Assembly: GCA_032654565.1 (NCBI GenBank)
Contig: JAULAX010000013.1
Span: forward strand, 131,853-195,852
From: Anaeromyxobacteraceae bacterium
GTDB taxonomy: Bacteria; Myxococcota; Myxococcia; Myxococcales; Anaeromyxobacteraceae
DNA: 64,000 nt
Reading direction: 5' to 3'
The position numbers and the translations under genes were made by a program. Below the pieces are notes generated by a model. That model was not told the origin of the DNA, searched no databases, and saw only the letters and a list, made by a program, of their open reading frames with translations. Shown piece by piece: positions 49,669-59,591 of the stretch. Every line of letters begins with the position of its first letter. Within the stretch, counting starts at the first letter, position 1.

Positions 49669-52326
49669 ATGACCGCCCCGAACCCGTCGCCCCGCCGCTG
49701 GCCCAGGATCCTCGCCGCCGTCGCCCTCCTCCTGCTGCTGGCCGGGGTGGCCGCCGCCTTCACGCTCGACCGGCTGCTCACCTCGGCGGCCCGCCAGGAG
49801 GCCGCCCGCCTCTCGGCGAGCTGGCAACGCCCGGTGGAGATCGGGGCGGTCACCACCACCTGGCTCTCCGGCCTCGGCGTCCGGATCGAGGGGGTGCGGG
49901 TGGGTGCCGCGGCGGGCGAGCCCCGGCCGCTGCTGGAGCTCGACGTCGCCGAGGTGAAGCTGGAGCTGCTCCGGGCCCTCCGCACCGGCGGCCGGGAGCT
50001 CCGCGTCGGCAGCGCCGAGCTGTCCGGGCTGCGGCTCAACGTGGTCAAGCTGAAGGACGGCTCGACCAACGCCGGGCGGCTGGCCGAGGCCATGGCCGGC
50101 AGCCCGGCCGCAGGGGCGCCCGCCGGTGCCGCCGACCGGGCACCCCCCCCGGACGCGAAGCCCGCCGACCTCTCCCGGATCTCGGTGGCCCACGCCGCCG
50201 TGAGGGGGGCGCGGATCGCCTTCGTCGACGAGGGGGCGGGTGGGCGGGAGCTGCTGGTCGAGCAGCTCGACCTGTCGGTGGAGGGGCTGGCCGCCGGGGC
50301 GCCCCTCGAGCTGGTGCTCAAGGCCGGCGTGCTCTCCGCCCAGCAGAACCTCGAGCTCCGGGTCCACGCCCCGGCGCTGCCGGCGTCGCTGGTCCCCTCG
50401 CCGGATCGGCTGACGCTCAAGGTGACCCCCGTCGACCTGACCCCGCTGGCCGCCTTCGCGCCCCGCGCCGCCGGCTTCCGGGGCGGGCGCTTCTCGGCCG
50501 ACCTGGAGGTGGCGCTGGGCGCAGCGGTCCCGGGCGGCGCCGGCCCCACCACCATCCGCGGTGGCTTCGCCGCCAGCGGGCTCCGCTTCGCCGGGCAGGA
50601 GGGCGGCCGGGCCCTCGACGTCACCCTCGACGCCGACCTGACCGCCGACGCGGAGAAGGGGGACCTGGCCATCACCCGGCTGCTCCTCGCCTTCGGCCCG
50701 GCGACGCTGGAAGGGAAGGGGAAGGTGACCGGGCTGCGTGGCGAGCGCCCTAGCGTCGAAGGGCTACGGGTGGTGGCCCGGGGGCTCGACCTCGCCGCCC
50801 TGGCGCCGTACTACCCGCCGCTCCCCGGGCTCCTCGGCGGGACCGTGGCCGGTCCCATCGGGCTCTCCCTGGCGGCGGCCGGCAGCGCCACGCAGCCGGT
50901 CATCGAGCTGCGCGCCGACCTGACGCCGGTGCGGCTCGCCTTCGCCGGGACGCTGGAGAAGGCGCCCGGCGGCGTGCTGGTGGTCACCGCCCGACTCCGC
51001 GGCGGCACGGGCGGGGCGCTCCGCTTCGACGTCCAGGGCGACCTGGCGGGGCTGGACCTGCGCCCGGGCGGCTCCCTGGCCAAGGGGCCGGGCGACCGGC
51101 TCACCCTGGCGGCGACCGGCTCGCGGTCCACGGCGGGTGGCGCCCAGCAGCTGGCCCTCGACTCCTCCTCGATGGCCCTGCTCGACATGAAGCTGAAGGC
51201 CCACGGCACGGCGACGCTGGCGCCGGCCTCGACGCGCTTCGAGCTGGCGGTTGAGATCGACCGGCTCGACGCCGACCGGCTGCTCCTGCCGTCGACACCG
51301 GCCGCACCCGGCGGGAAGGCGGGCGGGAGCGCGGCGGGCGCCGCGCCGAAGGCCGGGCCATCGCCCTGGGCGGGGCTCTCCGGCACCTGCTCGCTCCGCG
51401 TCGGCCAGGCGCTGGCGCGCAAGCAGGCGGTGACCGACCTGCGCGCCACCGTGGTGGTGAAGGAGGACGAGGTGACCTTCCAGGAGGGGCGGCTGGGGAT
51501 CTGGAGCGGCACGCTGGACCTGGCCGGCACCCGGGCCCGCCTGGCGCCGGCCGATCGCCCCTTCACGCTGGCGGCGAAGGCCGAGGGGGTGCAGGCCGGC
51601 GCGGTGCTCGCCACCTTCAGCGACCGGAAGGTGCTCGACGGCCGGCTCGACACCGAGGTGCGGCTCTCCGGCAGCGGGGCGACCACCGAGGCCATCACCC
51701 GGGCGCTCGACGGCACCGTCGAGGGGCGGCTCCTCGACGGCGTCTTCCACGGCAAGGACCTGGTGGCCGGGGTCACCGAGCCCCTGGCCAGGGCGGTCCC
51801 GGCGCTGCGGGGGAAGCTCGACCGGGGAGGGAAGACCACGCTCGGCAAGGTGCTGCCGTTCTCGGTCCGCATCCAGGGCGGGAAGGCGCTGCTGCAGCGG
51901 CCGCTGGAGATCGAGGAGCGTGACGCCACGGCGACGGTCCGTGGCGCCGTCGGGCTCGACGGCGAGCTGGACATGCCGGTGACCTTGTCGCTGCTCCCCG
52001 GGGCGGTGGCGGAGCTGAGCGGGGGGAAGGTGCGGACCACGGCGCCGCTCCCCTTCACCTTCACGCTGCAGGGCAAGGCCTGGAGCCCGCGCCTCGGCGG
52101 GCTCGACGTCGGTCCGGCGGCGCGGAGCCTGGCCGGGACGCTGGGGGTCCAGGCGCTGGGGAAGGCGTTCGGCCTGGGGGGCCTGACCCAGCCGGCGGCG
52201 AAGCCCGCGGCCGATGAGGGCGGGCGGCCGGCGACGGAGCCGCCTGCCGAGGCCCCGGCCGTCCCCGAGAGGAAGAAGCTCGAGCAGGACGCCAAGAAGG
52301 CGCTGAAGAAGCTGCTCGGCGGCTGA
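49669..52326 (+). CDS. AsmA-family lipid-transport protein
   Basis: N-terminal TM anchor, DGSTN motif, long beta-taenia-like repeats, C-terminal LKKLLG. Confidence 0.8.
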   Translation: MTAPNPSPRRWPRILAAVALLLLLAGVAAAFTLDRLLTSAARQEAARLSASWQRPVEIGAVTTTWLSGLGVRIEGVRVGAAAGEPRPLLELDVAEVKLELLRALRTGGRELRVGSAELSGLRLNVVKLKDGSTNAGRLAEAMAGSPAAGAPAGAADRAPPPDAKPADLSRISVAHAAVRGARIAFVDEGAGGRELLVEQLDLSVEGLAAGAPLELVLKAGVLSAQQNLELRVHAPALPASLVPSPDRLTLKVTPVDLTPLAAFAPRAAGFRGGRFSADLEVALGAAVPGGAGPTTIRGGFAASGLRFAGQEGGRALDVTLDADLTADAEKGDLAITRLLLAFGPATLEGKGKVTGLRGERPSVEGLRVVARGLDLAALAPYYPPLPGLLGGTVAGPIGLSLAAAGSATQPVIELRADLTPVRLAFAGTLEKAPGGVLVVTARLRGGTGGALRFDVQGDLAGLDLRPGGSLAKGPGDRLTLAATGSRSTAGGAQQLALDSSSMALLDMKLKAHGTATLAPASTRFELAVEIDRLDADRLLLPSTPAAPGGKAGGSAAGAAPKAGPSPWAGLSGTCSLRVGQALARKQAVTDLRATVVVKEDEVTFQEGRLGIWSGTLDLAGTRARLAPADRPFTLAAKAEGVQAGAVLATFSDRKVLDGRLDTEVRLSGSGATTEAITRALDGTVEGRLLDGVFHGKDLVAGVTEPLARAVPALRGKLDRGGKTTLGKVLPFSVRIQGGKALLQRPLEIEERDATATVRGAVGLDGELDMPVTLSLLPGAVAELSGGKVRTTAPLPFTFTLQGKAWSPRLGGLDVGPAARSLAGTLGVQALGKAFGLGGLTQPAAKPAADEGGRPATEPPAEAPAVPERKKLEQDAKKALKKLLGG

Positions 52327-52522
52327 CCCGGTCACAGGCCGCAGCGACGAGCCGGGCGGGGCCCGGCTCCGACGAACTCCTGCGACCGGGCGCGGCGACC
52401 GTGCGCGGCGACGAGTCGCCAGGACGAGCCGTGGTGGTCGTCGTCCTGGTGCGGCGCGCCGCCGAAGCCCCGGACGCTGGCAGATCCCTGATCCACCGTG
52501 AGTCACAGGCAGGACACGCCGC

Positions 52523-52536
52523 CTGACGCAGATCAA
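52523..52536. promoter_or_regulatory. FNR/Crp-family-like box
   Basis: CTGAC-GCAG-ATCAA versus TTGAT-N4-ATCAA (8/10). Confidence 0.4.
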
Positions 52537-52766
52537 TTGCCGCATCGCGCCGAAGAATTTGCTCCCTCGCCGCGGGCTGCGCTCCGGAGGACGTGGCCCC
52601 GTCGCACTTCCCCAGCAATGTCCACACCCTGCCGCCACTCGAGGCGACGCCAGCCCGGGACGTGACCCGGCGTCACTTCACGCATCGAAACTTCCGTCGT
52701 GCGTCATCCTGCCGCGTGTGCTCTGGTGGCGCACTTGGGGTTCGCGTCGCTTCTCGAGAGGGAGCC

Positions 52767-54569
52767 ATGGTGTCGGATCGCACCGCTGAACTCGAAGCGA
52801 AGGTGGAGGCGCTCTCGGCGCAGCTGGCCGGCCTCGGCGACCGTCTCTCGGCGCTGGAGGCAGGTCGCGCGGCGGCGGTGGCCAACGGCGCCCGCCGGAT
52901 CCGGCGGCCCGACGGAGGGGAGCACGCCGGCGAGGGGAGGGGAACCGCCGAGCCCGCCCTCTCGCTGGTCAACTCCGGCGTCGCCTTCGTGGGCCGGACC
53001 CTGCTGGTGCTGGCCGGGGCCTTCGTGCTCCGCGCCCTCACCGACGGCGGCACCATCCCCGGCTGGCTGGGCGTGGCGCTCGGCTTCGCCTACGCCGCCA
53101 CCTGGCTGGTCATCGCCGAGCGGGCGGCGCGCGCCGGCGCCGCGCTGAGCGCCGACGTCCACGCCCTGGCGGCGCTCCTCATCGCCTTCCCCCTGCTCTT
53201 CGAGGCGACGTCCCGCTTCAAGCTGATCGGCGCCAGCACCGCCACCGTGGCGCTGGCGGTGGTCACCACCGCCCTGCTCGCCCTGGCGGCGCGGCGCCGC
53301 CTCCAGGCGCTCGCCTGGCTCGCCTCCTCGGGGAGCATCCTCACCGCCGTGGCCCTGATGGTGCAGTCGGGGCGGATGGTGCCGGGCGCGCTCTTCATCA
53401 TCCTCCTCGGCATCGAGTGCGTCTGGCTGGCCTACGTCCTCGACTGGCACGCGCTCCGCTGGCCGGTGGCGGTGGTGGCCGACCTGGTGGTGTTCGGGCT
53501 GGCGGTGCGGGCGGTGTCGCCGGCGGCCGTGGAGGGGCCGGGGCTGGCCATGCTGGTGCAGGCGGTGCTCCTCGCCGCCTACCTGGCCAGCTTCGCCACC
53601 CGCACCCTGCTCCTCAACCGCGGCGTGGTGGGCTTCGAGGTCTTCCAGAGCGTGGCGGTGGTGGCCGCGGGGCTGGGCGGGGCCTCCTTCGTGGCGGCGC
53701 GGACCACCGGCGTCAGCGCCGGTCCGTTCGGCATCGCCGCCGCCGTCTTCGGCCTGGCGGCCTACGGCGTGGCCTTCGCCTTCCGCGGGCGGCGCGAGCA
53801 GGACCGCACCAACTTCCCCTTCTACACCTCGCTGGCCGTCCTGCTGGTGTCGGCCGGCACGGCGCTGCTGCTGGGGGCGGCGGCGCTGGCCCTGGTCTGG
53901 AGCCTGCTGGCGGTGGCCTCGGCCGAGCTGGCCAGCCGCCTCGGCCGACGAACCCTCACCGTCCACGCCGCCGGCTACGCCTTCGGCGCCGCCGTCGCCG
54001 CCGGGTTGCTGGGGGTCGCCTCCGACGCGCTGCTGGCCTCCTCCGACCAGGCCTGGGCCGCGCCCGGCAGCGCCACGCTGGTGGCCCTGATCGCCGCCTG
54101 CGCCTGCGCCTGGCTCGGCTCGCGGGGGGCGCCGGAGCTCCGCCCCAGCTTCACGGGTCGCCTGCCCCAGCTGATCGTGGTGGTCCTGTCGGTCGTCGGG
54201 GGCGCCGGGCTGATCATCTGGGGGCTGGTGCCGCTGATGGCCGGGGTCCCGGGCGTGGCGGTGATCCGCGGCGAGGTCGCCGCCGTTCGCACCCTGGTGC
54301 TGGTGGGCGGGACCATGGTCCTGGCCTGGGTTGGGCGCCGGCCGGCCTGGCGCGAGGCCAGCTGGCTGGTCTACCCGGTGCTGGTCGCCACCGGCCTGAA
54401 GATTCTCCTCGAGGACCTGACCGCCGGCCGGCCGGCGACGCTCTTCGTCTCCTTCGGACTCTACGGGGCGGCGCTGCTGGTGGTCCCCAGGCTCCGCGCC
54501 CGCGGCGTGGGCGGGCCGACCGGGACCTCACCCACCACCGGGGCGCCGCCGGCGCCGAGCCGGACGTGA
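52767..54569 (+). CDS. Polytopic membrane protein with N-terminal coiled coil (DUF2339-like)
   Basis: SD GGAG; LEAKVEALSAQL coiled coil then many TM helices. Confidence 0.75.
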   Translation: MVSDRTAELEAKVEALSAQLAGLGDRLSALEAGRAAAVANGARRIRRPDGGEHAGEGRGTAEPALSLVNSGVAFVGRTLLVLAGAFVLRALTDGGTIPGWLGVALGFAYAATWLVIAERAARAGAALSADVHALAALLIAFPLLFEATSRFKLIGASTATVALAVVTTALLALAARRRLQALAWLASSGSILTAVALMVQSGRMVPGALFIILLGIECVWLAYVLDWHALRWPVAVVADLVVFGLAVRAVSPAAVEGPGLAMLVQAVLLAAYLASFATRTLLLNRGVVGFEVFQSVAVVAAGLGGASFVAARTTGVSAGPFGIAAAVFGLAAYGVAFAFRGRREQDRTNFPFYTSLAVLLVSAGTALLLGAAALALVWSLLAVASAELASRLGRRTLTVHAAGYAFGAAVAAGLLGVASDALLASSDQAWAAPGSATLVALIAACACAWLGSRGAPELRPSFTGRLPQLIVVVLSVVGGAGLIIWGLVPLMAGVPGVAVIRGEVAAVRTLVLVGGTMVLAWVGRRPAWREASWLVYPVLVATGLKILLEDLTAGRPATLFVSFGLYGAALLVVPRLRARGVGGPTGTSPTTGAPPAPSRT

Positions 54570-54719
54570 TGGTCCGGGGCGACGCGCGGCGTCACGTCGA
54601 GACCTGGTCTCTCGAGCTCGATTCACCGAGGGTGGCATGAGCAACTCGACGACCGCCGGACGATTCTGGCGATACGCCTATCCACCCACACCGGCGTCGT
54701 GGCAGATTGCCGCAGAGTG

Positions 54720-55013
54720 ATGGCCGACCGAATCACCTCGATCCTGGTGGGCTTGCGCGGCGCGCTGAGGCGCGAGCAGCTCCCTCCGCCTCCGCCCCAG
54801 GCGCCGCGGGCCGCGGCCGGGCGCAGCCTCCTGCAGGTCATCTTCCTCCCGGAGACGCTGCCGCAGGACCCCGAGGTGGCCTCCGAGGCCCGCCGCGGCG
54901 TGCTGGCCCACATCTTCGCCCCGGAGACCCTCGACGAGGCCCCGCCGGATCCGGCGCCGGCCCGCCCCGGGTGGCTGACCCTGCTCTTCAAGCCTGAACG
55001 ACTCGACGACTGA
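54720..55013 (+). CDS. Small protein with three (I/L)F-x-PE-x-L repeats
   Basis: 97 aa, GC3-biased; repeats VIFLPETL, HIFAPETL, LLFKPERL. Confidence 0.65.
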   Translation: MADRITSILVGLRGALRREQLPPPPPQAPRAAAGRSLLQVIFLPETLPQDPEVASEARRGVLAHIFAPETLDEAPPDPAPARPGWLTLLFKPERLDD

Positions 55014-55037
55014 CGAACGCTGCACGGGAGGAGAAGG

Positions 55038-55502
55038 ATGGAGCACGGACGACATGTGTTTCGGATCACGCTGGTGGTCATCGTGGGGCTCACCGCGGTG
55101 CTCATCGGCCGCGGCTTCCTGGTGCCGAAGTCGCACGGGATCTTCGGCGCCTACCGGGCCGACAACGTCGCCGAGCAGATGAAGGCCCGCTCGCCGGCCC
55201 ACCACGGGCCGGCCAGCTGCGCCCCCTGCCACAAGGCCAAGTCCGAGGCCCGCGCCGCCGGCAGCCACAAGACGGTGAGCTGCGAGGTCTGCCACGGCCC
55301 GCTGCTGCTCCACGTCGCCGACGGGAAGGTGACCGGGAAGATGCCGGTCGACAAGGCCTTCACCCTCTGCGCCCGCTGCCACCGCCGCATCCAGGGGCGC
55401 CCCGAGAAGTTCCCGCAGGTGGTGCTGGAGCAGCACGTCACCACCAGGCTCGAGGGCGCCGTCTGCCTCGAGTGCCACGACGCCCATTCGCCGAAGCTCT
55501 AG
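55038..55502 (+). CDS. Membrane-anchored tetraheme cytochrome c
   Basis: CAPCH, CEVCH, CARCH, CLECH; N-terminal TM. Confidence 0.92.
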   Translation: MEHGRHVFRITLVVIVGLTAVLIGRGFLVPKSHGIFGAYRADNVAEQMKARSPAHHGPASCAPCHKAKSEARAAGSHKTVSCEVCHGPLLLHVADGKVTGKMPVDKAFTLCARCHRRIQGRPEKFPQVVLEQHVTTRLEGAVCLECHDAHSPKL

Positions 55503-55510
55503 GAGCCGAC

Positions 55511-56335
55511 ATGGACCACGCCAGCTGCCCCCCGGCCTCGCCCCAGGCGCCCTCCGCGCCCGGCGGCCCGCCCGACGACGCCCAGCGCCGCGAGTTCCTC
55601 GGCGCCGCCTTCAAGATCACCGGCGGCGCGGTGGTGCTGCTGGCCGGCCTCGACGCCGCCGCCAACACCGAGACCCACGCCCCCCCGCCCGGGGGCGACG
55701 CCTACAACTGGGAGGAGCACCGCTGGGCCTACGTCATCGACACCTCCAAGTGCATCGGCTGCGGCTCCTGCGTGCGCGCCTGCAAGGCCGAGAACAACGT
55801 CCCCGACGGCTTCGTGCGCACCTGGGTGGAGCGCTACATCGTCGGGCCCGGCGGCTCCTACGTCGACTCGCCCAAGGGCGGCCTCGACGGCTTCCCCGCG
55901 GCGCCGACCGCCTTCACGCCCACCAAGTCCTTCTTCGTCCCCAAGATGTGCAACCACTGCAAGGAGACCCCGTGCGTGCAGGTCTGCCCAGTCGGCGCCT
56001 CCTACCGGACCAAGGACGGGGTGGTGCTGGTCGACGGGAAGTCCTGCATCGGCTGCGGGTACTGCGTGCAGGCCTGCCCCTACGGCAGCCGCTACCTCCA
56101 CCCCGAGACCCAGACCGCCGACAAGTGCACCTGGTGCTACCACCGCATCACCAAGGGGCTGAAGCCGGCCTGCGTCGAGGTCTGCCCCACGGCGACCCGC
56201 GCCTTCGGCGACATGCTGCGAGAGGACGACCCGGTGCGGCAGACCATCGATCGTGAGCGCGTCGCCATCATGCAGGGGCACCTGCTCACCCAGCCGCAGT
56301 GCTTTTACCTCAACCTGGACATGGAGGTGCGGTGA
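55511..56335 (+). CDS. Tat-exported 4x[4Fe-4S] protein (NrfC/DmsB family)
   Basis: QRREFL twin-Arg; CIGCGSCVRAC, CNHC...CVQVCP, CIGCGYCVQACP, CTWC...CVEVCP. Confidence 0.92.
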   Translation: MDHASCPPASPQAPSAPGGPPDDAQRREFLGAAFKITGGAVVLLAGLDAAANTETHAPPPGGDAYNWEEHRWAYVIDTSKCIGCGSCVRACKAENNVPDGFVRTWVERYIVGPGGSYVDSPKGGLDGFPAAPTAFTPTKSFFVPKMCNHCKETPCVQVCPVGASYRTKDGVVLVDGKSCIGCGYCVQACPYGSRYLHPETQTADKCTWCYHRITKGLKPACVEVCPTATRAFGDMLREDDPVRQTIDRERVAIMQGHLLTQPQCFYLNLDMEVR

Positions 56336-57558
56336 TGCCCGAGATCACGGGGTACGCCTTCCCCAACGACATCCACGTCCACTGGTCGCTGATGATCGTC
56401 ATGTACCCGTACATCACCGGGTTCGTGGCCGGCGCCTTCATCGTCTCGGCGCTCTTCCACGTCTTCGGGCGTGAGGAGTTCCGGCCGGTGGCGCGGCTGG
56501 CCATGGCCACCTCGCTCTGCTTCATGGCGGTGGCCACGCTGCCTCTCAACCTCCACCTCGGCCACCCGGAGCGGAGCTGGCTGGTGATGGTGACGCCCAA
56601 CCTTTCGTCGGCCATGGCCGGTTTCGGCATGCTCTACTCGGGTTACCTGCTGATCCTGGTGCTCGAGGTCTGGTTCGTCTGGCGGCAGGAGATCATCCAG
56701 TACGCCCGGCAGAGCCGGGGCCTGAAGCGGACCTTCTACGCGGCCCTGGCGCTGGGCACCTACGACAGCTCCCCCGAGGGGGTCGCCGTCGACCACCGGG
56801 CCGCCACCCTGCTCGCCGCCATCGGCCTGCCCGGCGCCTGCATGCTCCACGGCTACGTGGGCTTCATCTTCGGCGGCATCAAGGCCAACCCCTGGTGGTC
56901 GACGCCGCTGATGCCGGTCATCTTCCTGCTCTCGGCGGCGGTCTCCGGGATCGCGCTGCTCTCCATCCTCTACCAGGTGGTGGCCAAGCTGAACCGCCGG
57001 CCCATCGAGGGGCGGACCGTGGCGGCGCTGGCGCGCTGGCTCTGGTTCTTCCTCATCCTCACCATCACCCTCGAGCTGCTCGAGATCATCATGCTGGCCT
57101 ACGAGAAGTCGGAGGCCTGGCACATCATCTCGCAGCTGCTCACCACCCGGCTGGAGTTCTCCTTCATCACCATGCAGATGGTGGTGGGCGGCCTGATCCC
57201 GCTCATCCTGCTGGGGGTGGTGGTGCTGATGGACAAGTACCTCCACGAGCGGGTCCGCAACACCCTGTGCATCGCCTCGTCGATCCTGCTGCTGGTCCAG
57301 GTCTTCTCGATGCGCTGGAACATCGTCATCGGCGGCCAGCTCCTCTCCAAGTCCTTCCGCGGCCTGCGCTCGCCCTACAGCCCCGAGGTCTTCGGACGGG
57401 AGGGGGTGCTCATGGCCATCGCCCTGGTCATCCTGCCCTTCGTGCTGCTCTGGCTCTTCAACAAGGTGCTCCCCATCTTCGGTGACGAGCGCCACCCGCC
57501 GGCGGCCCACCACGAGGCGGCCCCCAAGGCGCCGGCGGCCGAGGTGGCGGCGGGCTGA
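56335..57558 (+). CDS. NrfD/PsrC-family membrane quinol oxidoreductase subunit
   Basis: WSLMIVMYPYITG, HLGHPER, SSAM, HGYVGFIF, MRWNIVIGGQ. Confidence 0.9.
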   Translation: MPEITGYAFPNDIHVHWSLMIVMYPYITGFVAGAFIVSALFHVFGREEFRPVARLAMATSLCFMAVATLPLNLHLGHPERSWLVMVTPNLSSAMAGFGMLYSGYLLILVLEVWFVWRQEIIQYARQSRGLKRTFYAALALGTYDSSPEGVAVDHRAATLLAAIGLPGACMLHGYVGFIFGGIKANPWWSTPLMPVIFLLSAAVSGIALLSILYQVVAKLNRRPIEGRTVAALARWLWFFLILTITLELLEIIMLAYEKSEAWHIISQLLTTRLEFSFITMQMVVGGLIPLILLGVVVLMDKYLHERVRNTLCIASSILLLVQVFSMRWNIVIGGQLLSKSFRGLRSPYSPEVFGREGVLMAIALVILPFVLLWLFNKVLPIFGDERHPPAAHHEAAPKAPAAEVAAG

Positions 57559-57779
57559 GCCGCGGCGGAGCGGCCGGCTTCACCCTCGACGTCGCCCGCC
57601 GCGGGGCCGCGTCGGGGCGCGCGGCGACGGGCCCGGCGGTGGTGGTGGCGGTGGCCCCGGGCCCGCCGGGGCGGCCCCGTGACGGCCGCGCTCTCCTGAA
57701 GTACCTTGTCGGGACCGACGCCAGACTTGGCCACCACCGACGCACCACCGCGTCGGGGAGGTGCCACGGAGGAACCGAC

Positions 57780-58781
57780 ATGATGAACCGCACCCCGCTG
57801 ACCATGGCCGCCGCCCTGCTCCTCGCCCTCGCCGCCCGCGGCGCCGCCGCCGCCGATCCGGCGGCTGGCAAGAAGGGGGTGGTCTGGGAGGCGACCACCT
57901 CCATGGAGGCCGCGGGGATGGTCATGCCGCCCCAGACCATGCGCACCTGCGCGCCCGAGGGAGACTGGAAGGAGCCGCCCTCCAGCCAGCCCGCCGGATC
58001 GAAGTGCAAGGTGACCGACCTCAAGCAGAGCGGGAAGACCACCACCTGGAAGATGGCCTGCGACGAGCCGGAGAAGATGACCGGGAGCGGGAGCATGACC
58101 AGGGACGGGGACACCTACCGCGGGTCGATGGACGTCACCACCGGGCAGGGCACCATGCAGATGAGGATGAACGGCCGGAAGATCGGCGGCGCCTGCGAGA
58201 TGGGGAAGCCGGTTCCCGGCGACACCCGCCAGGCCGAGGTGGCCGCCATGATGGAGCAGTCGAGGCAGGGCACGGCCCGGGAGCTGGAGAAGGAGTGCAA
58301 GAAGGCGGTCCGGGAGATGAACCCGGCCCTGTTCCTGATGAAGGGCGCCTTCACCTGCCAGGGCACGCCGCACCAGGCCGAGTTCTGCAAGCGGCTGCAG
58401 ACCGACGAGGGGTTCCGCCTGGCGAGCCGGACCGGCGAGGAGAGCCTGGAGAAGTCGGCGGGGCTCTGCAGGGTCGACCTGGCCGCCCTGCGTGGCCGGG
58501 CCTGCGCCGCGGCGGTCAAGGGCAAGGACCTCGACTACCTCGGCGCCAGCTGTCCCGCCGAGCGCAAGGCCATGGCGCAGAAGGAGTGCGCCGGCAAGGA
58601 GGACTCCAACCTGGCGCCGGCGGTCCGCGACTTCTGCCTGCGCCACGGCAAGGAGCTGCTGGTCCAGGATCCGAAGCCCAAGGCGAAGAAGAAGGGGGCC
58701 CCGGCCGAGGGTACGCCCGACGCCACCGAGGGGGCGGTCGACCAGGGGAAGAAGGCGCTCAAGGGGTTGCTGGGCTTCTAG
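57780..58781 (+). CDS. Secreted DUF3617-like protein with Cys-rich helical C-terminus
   Basis: Signal peptide; VWEATTSM...RTC...CKV...WKMAC...KIGGAC. Confidence 0.7.
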   Translation: MMNRTPLTMAAALLLALAARGAAAADPAAGKKGVVWEATTSMEAAGMVMPPQTMRTCAPEGDWKEPPSSQPAGSKCKVTDLKQSGKTTTWKMACDEPEKMTGSGSMTRDGDTYRGSMDVTTGQGTMQMRMNGRKIGGACEMGKPVPGDTRQAEVAAMMEQSRQGTARELEKECKKAVREMNPALFLMKGAFTCQGTPHQAEFCKRLQTDEGFRLASRTGEESLEKSAGLCRVDLAALRGRACAAAVKGKDLDYLGASCPAERKAMAQKECAGKEDSNLAPAVRDFCLRHGKELLVQDPKPKAKKKGAPAEGTPDATEGAVDQGKKALKGLLGF

Positions 58782-58793
58782 CCCGGCGCCGGC

Positions 58794-59591
58794 GTGGTCC
58801 ACCTGGCGCTGGCCCTGGCGCTGGCCGCGGCGGACCCGCCGGGGGCCCAGCTCCCCGATCCATTCCCGTCGGTCTCGGCCGCCTCCTACCTGGTGGCCGT
58901 CGACGGCCGGGAGCGGTGGGGCCGCGCCCCCGCGGCGGCCCGGCCGCCCGCCTCGCTCACCAAGGTGATGACGGCGCTCCTCCTGCTGGAGGAGCGCTGG
59001 GACCCGGACGCGCTCCTCACCGTGAGCGCGCGGGCGGCCCGGGAGACCGGCACGCGGCTCGGGCTGCGGGCCGGGGAGCAGCTGACCGCGCGCGACGCCT
59101 TGCGGGCCATGCTGGTCGGCTCGGCCAACGACGCCTGCCTGGCGCTGGCCGAGCAGGCCTCCGGCAGCGAGGCGGCCTTCGTGGCGCGGATGAACCTGCG
59201 CGCCGCCGCGCTGGGGCTGGGCGCCACCCGCTTCGACAACCCGTGCGGGCACGACGGCCCGGGCCAGCGGAGCTCCGCGCGCGACCTGGCCACGCTGGCG
59301 CGGGTGGCGTTGGCGCTGCCCGAGTTCAGGCTCACGGTGGGCGCCGCCCGCGTCCGGCTCTCGACGCGGGGAGGGCGCCGCTTCGACCTGCCCACCCACA
59401 ACCCGCTGATCGGCCGCGTCGACGGCGTGCGCGGCGTGAAGACCGGCTGGACGCCGGGCGCCGGCAAGTGCCTGGTGGTGCTGGCGGAGCGTGGGGGGCG
59501 GGAGGTGCTGGTGGTGCTGCTCGGCGCGCCCGACCGGTTCTGGAACGCCGCCGGGCTCGTCGACCTGGCCTTCGAGCAGGCCGATGAGTGA
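58794..59591 (+). CDS. D-alanyl-D-alanine carboxypeptidase (peptidase S11)
   Basis: PASLTK, SAND, KTG motifs. Confidence 0.92.
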   Translation: MVHLALALALAAADPPGAQLPDPFPSVSAASYLVAVDGRERWGRAPAAARPPASLTKVMTALLLLEERWDPDALLTVSARAARETGTRLGLRAGEQLTARDALRAMLVGSANDACLALAEQASGSEAAFVARMNLRAAALGLGATRFDNPCGHDGPGQRSSARDLATLARVALALPEFRLTVGAARVRLSTRGGRRFDLPTHNPLIGRVDGVRGVKTGWTPGAGKCLVVLAERGGREVLVVLLGAPDRFWNAAGLVDLAFEQADE

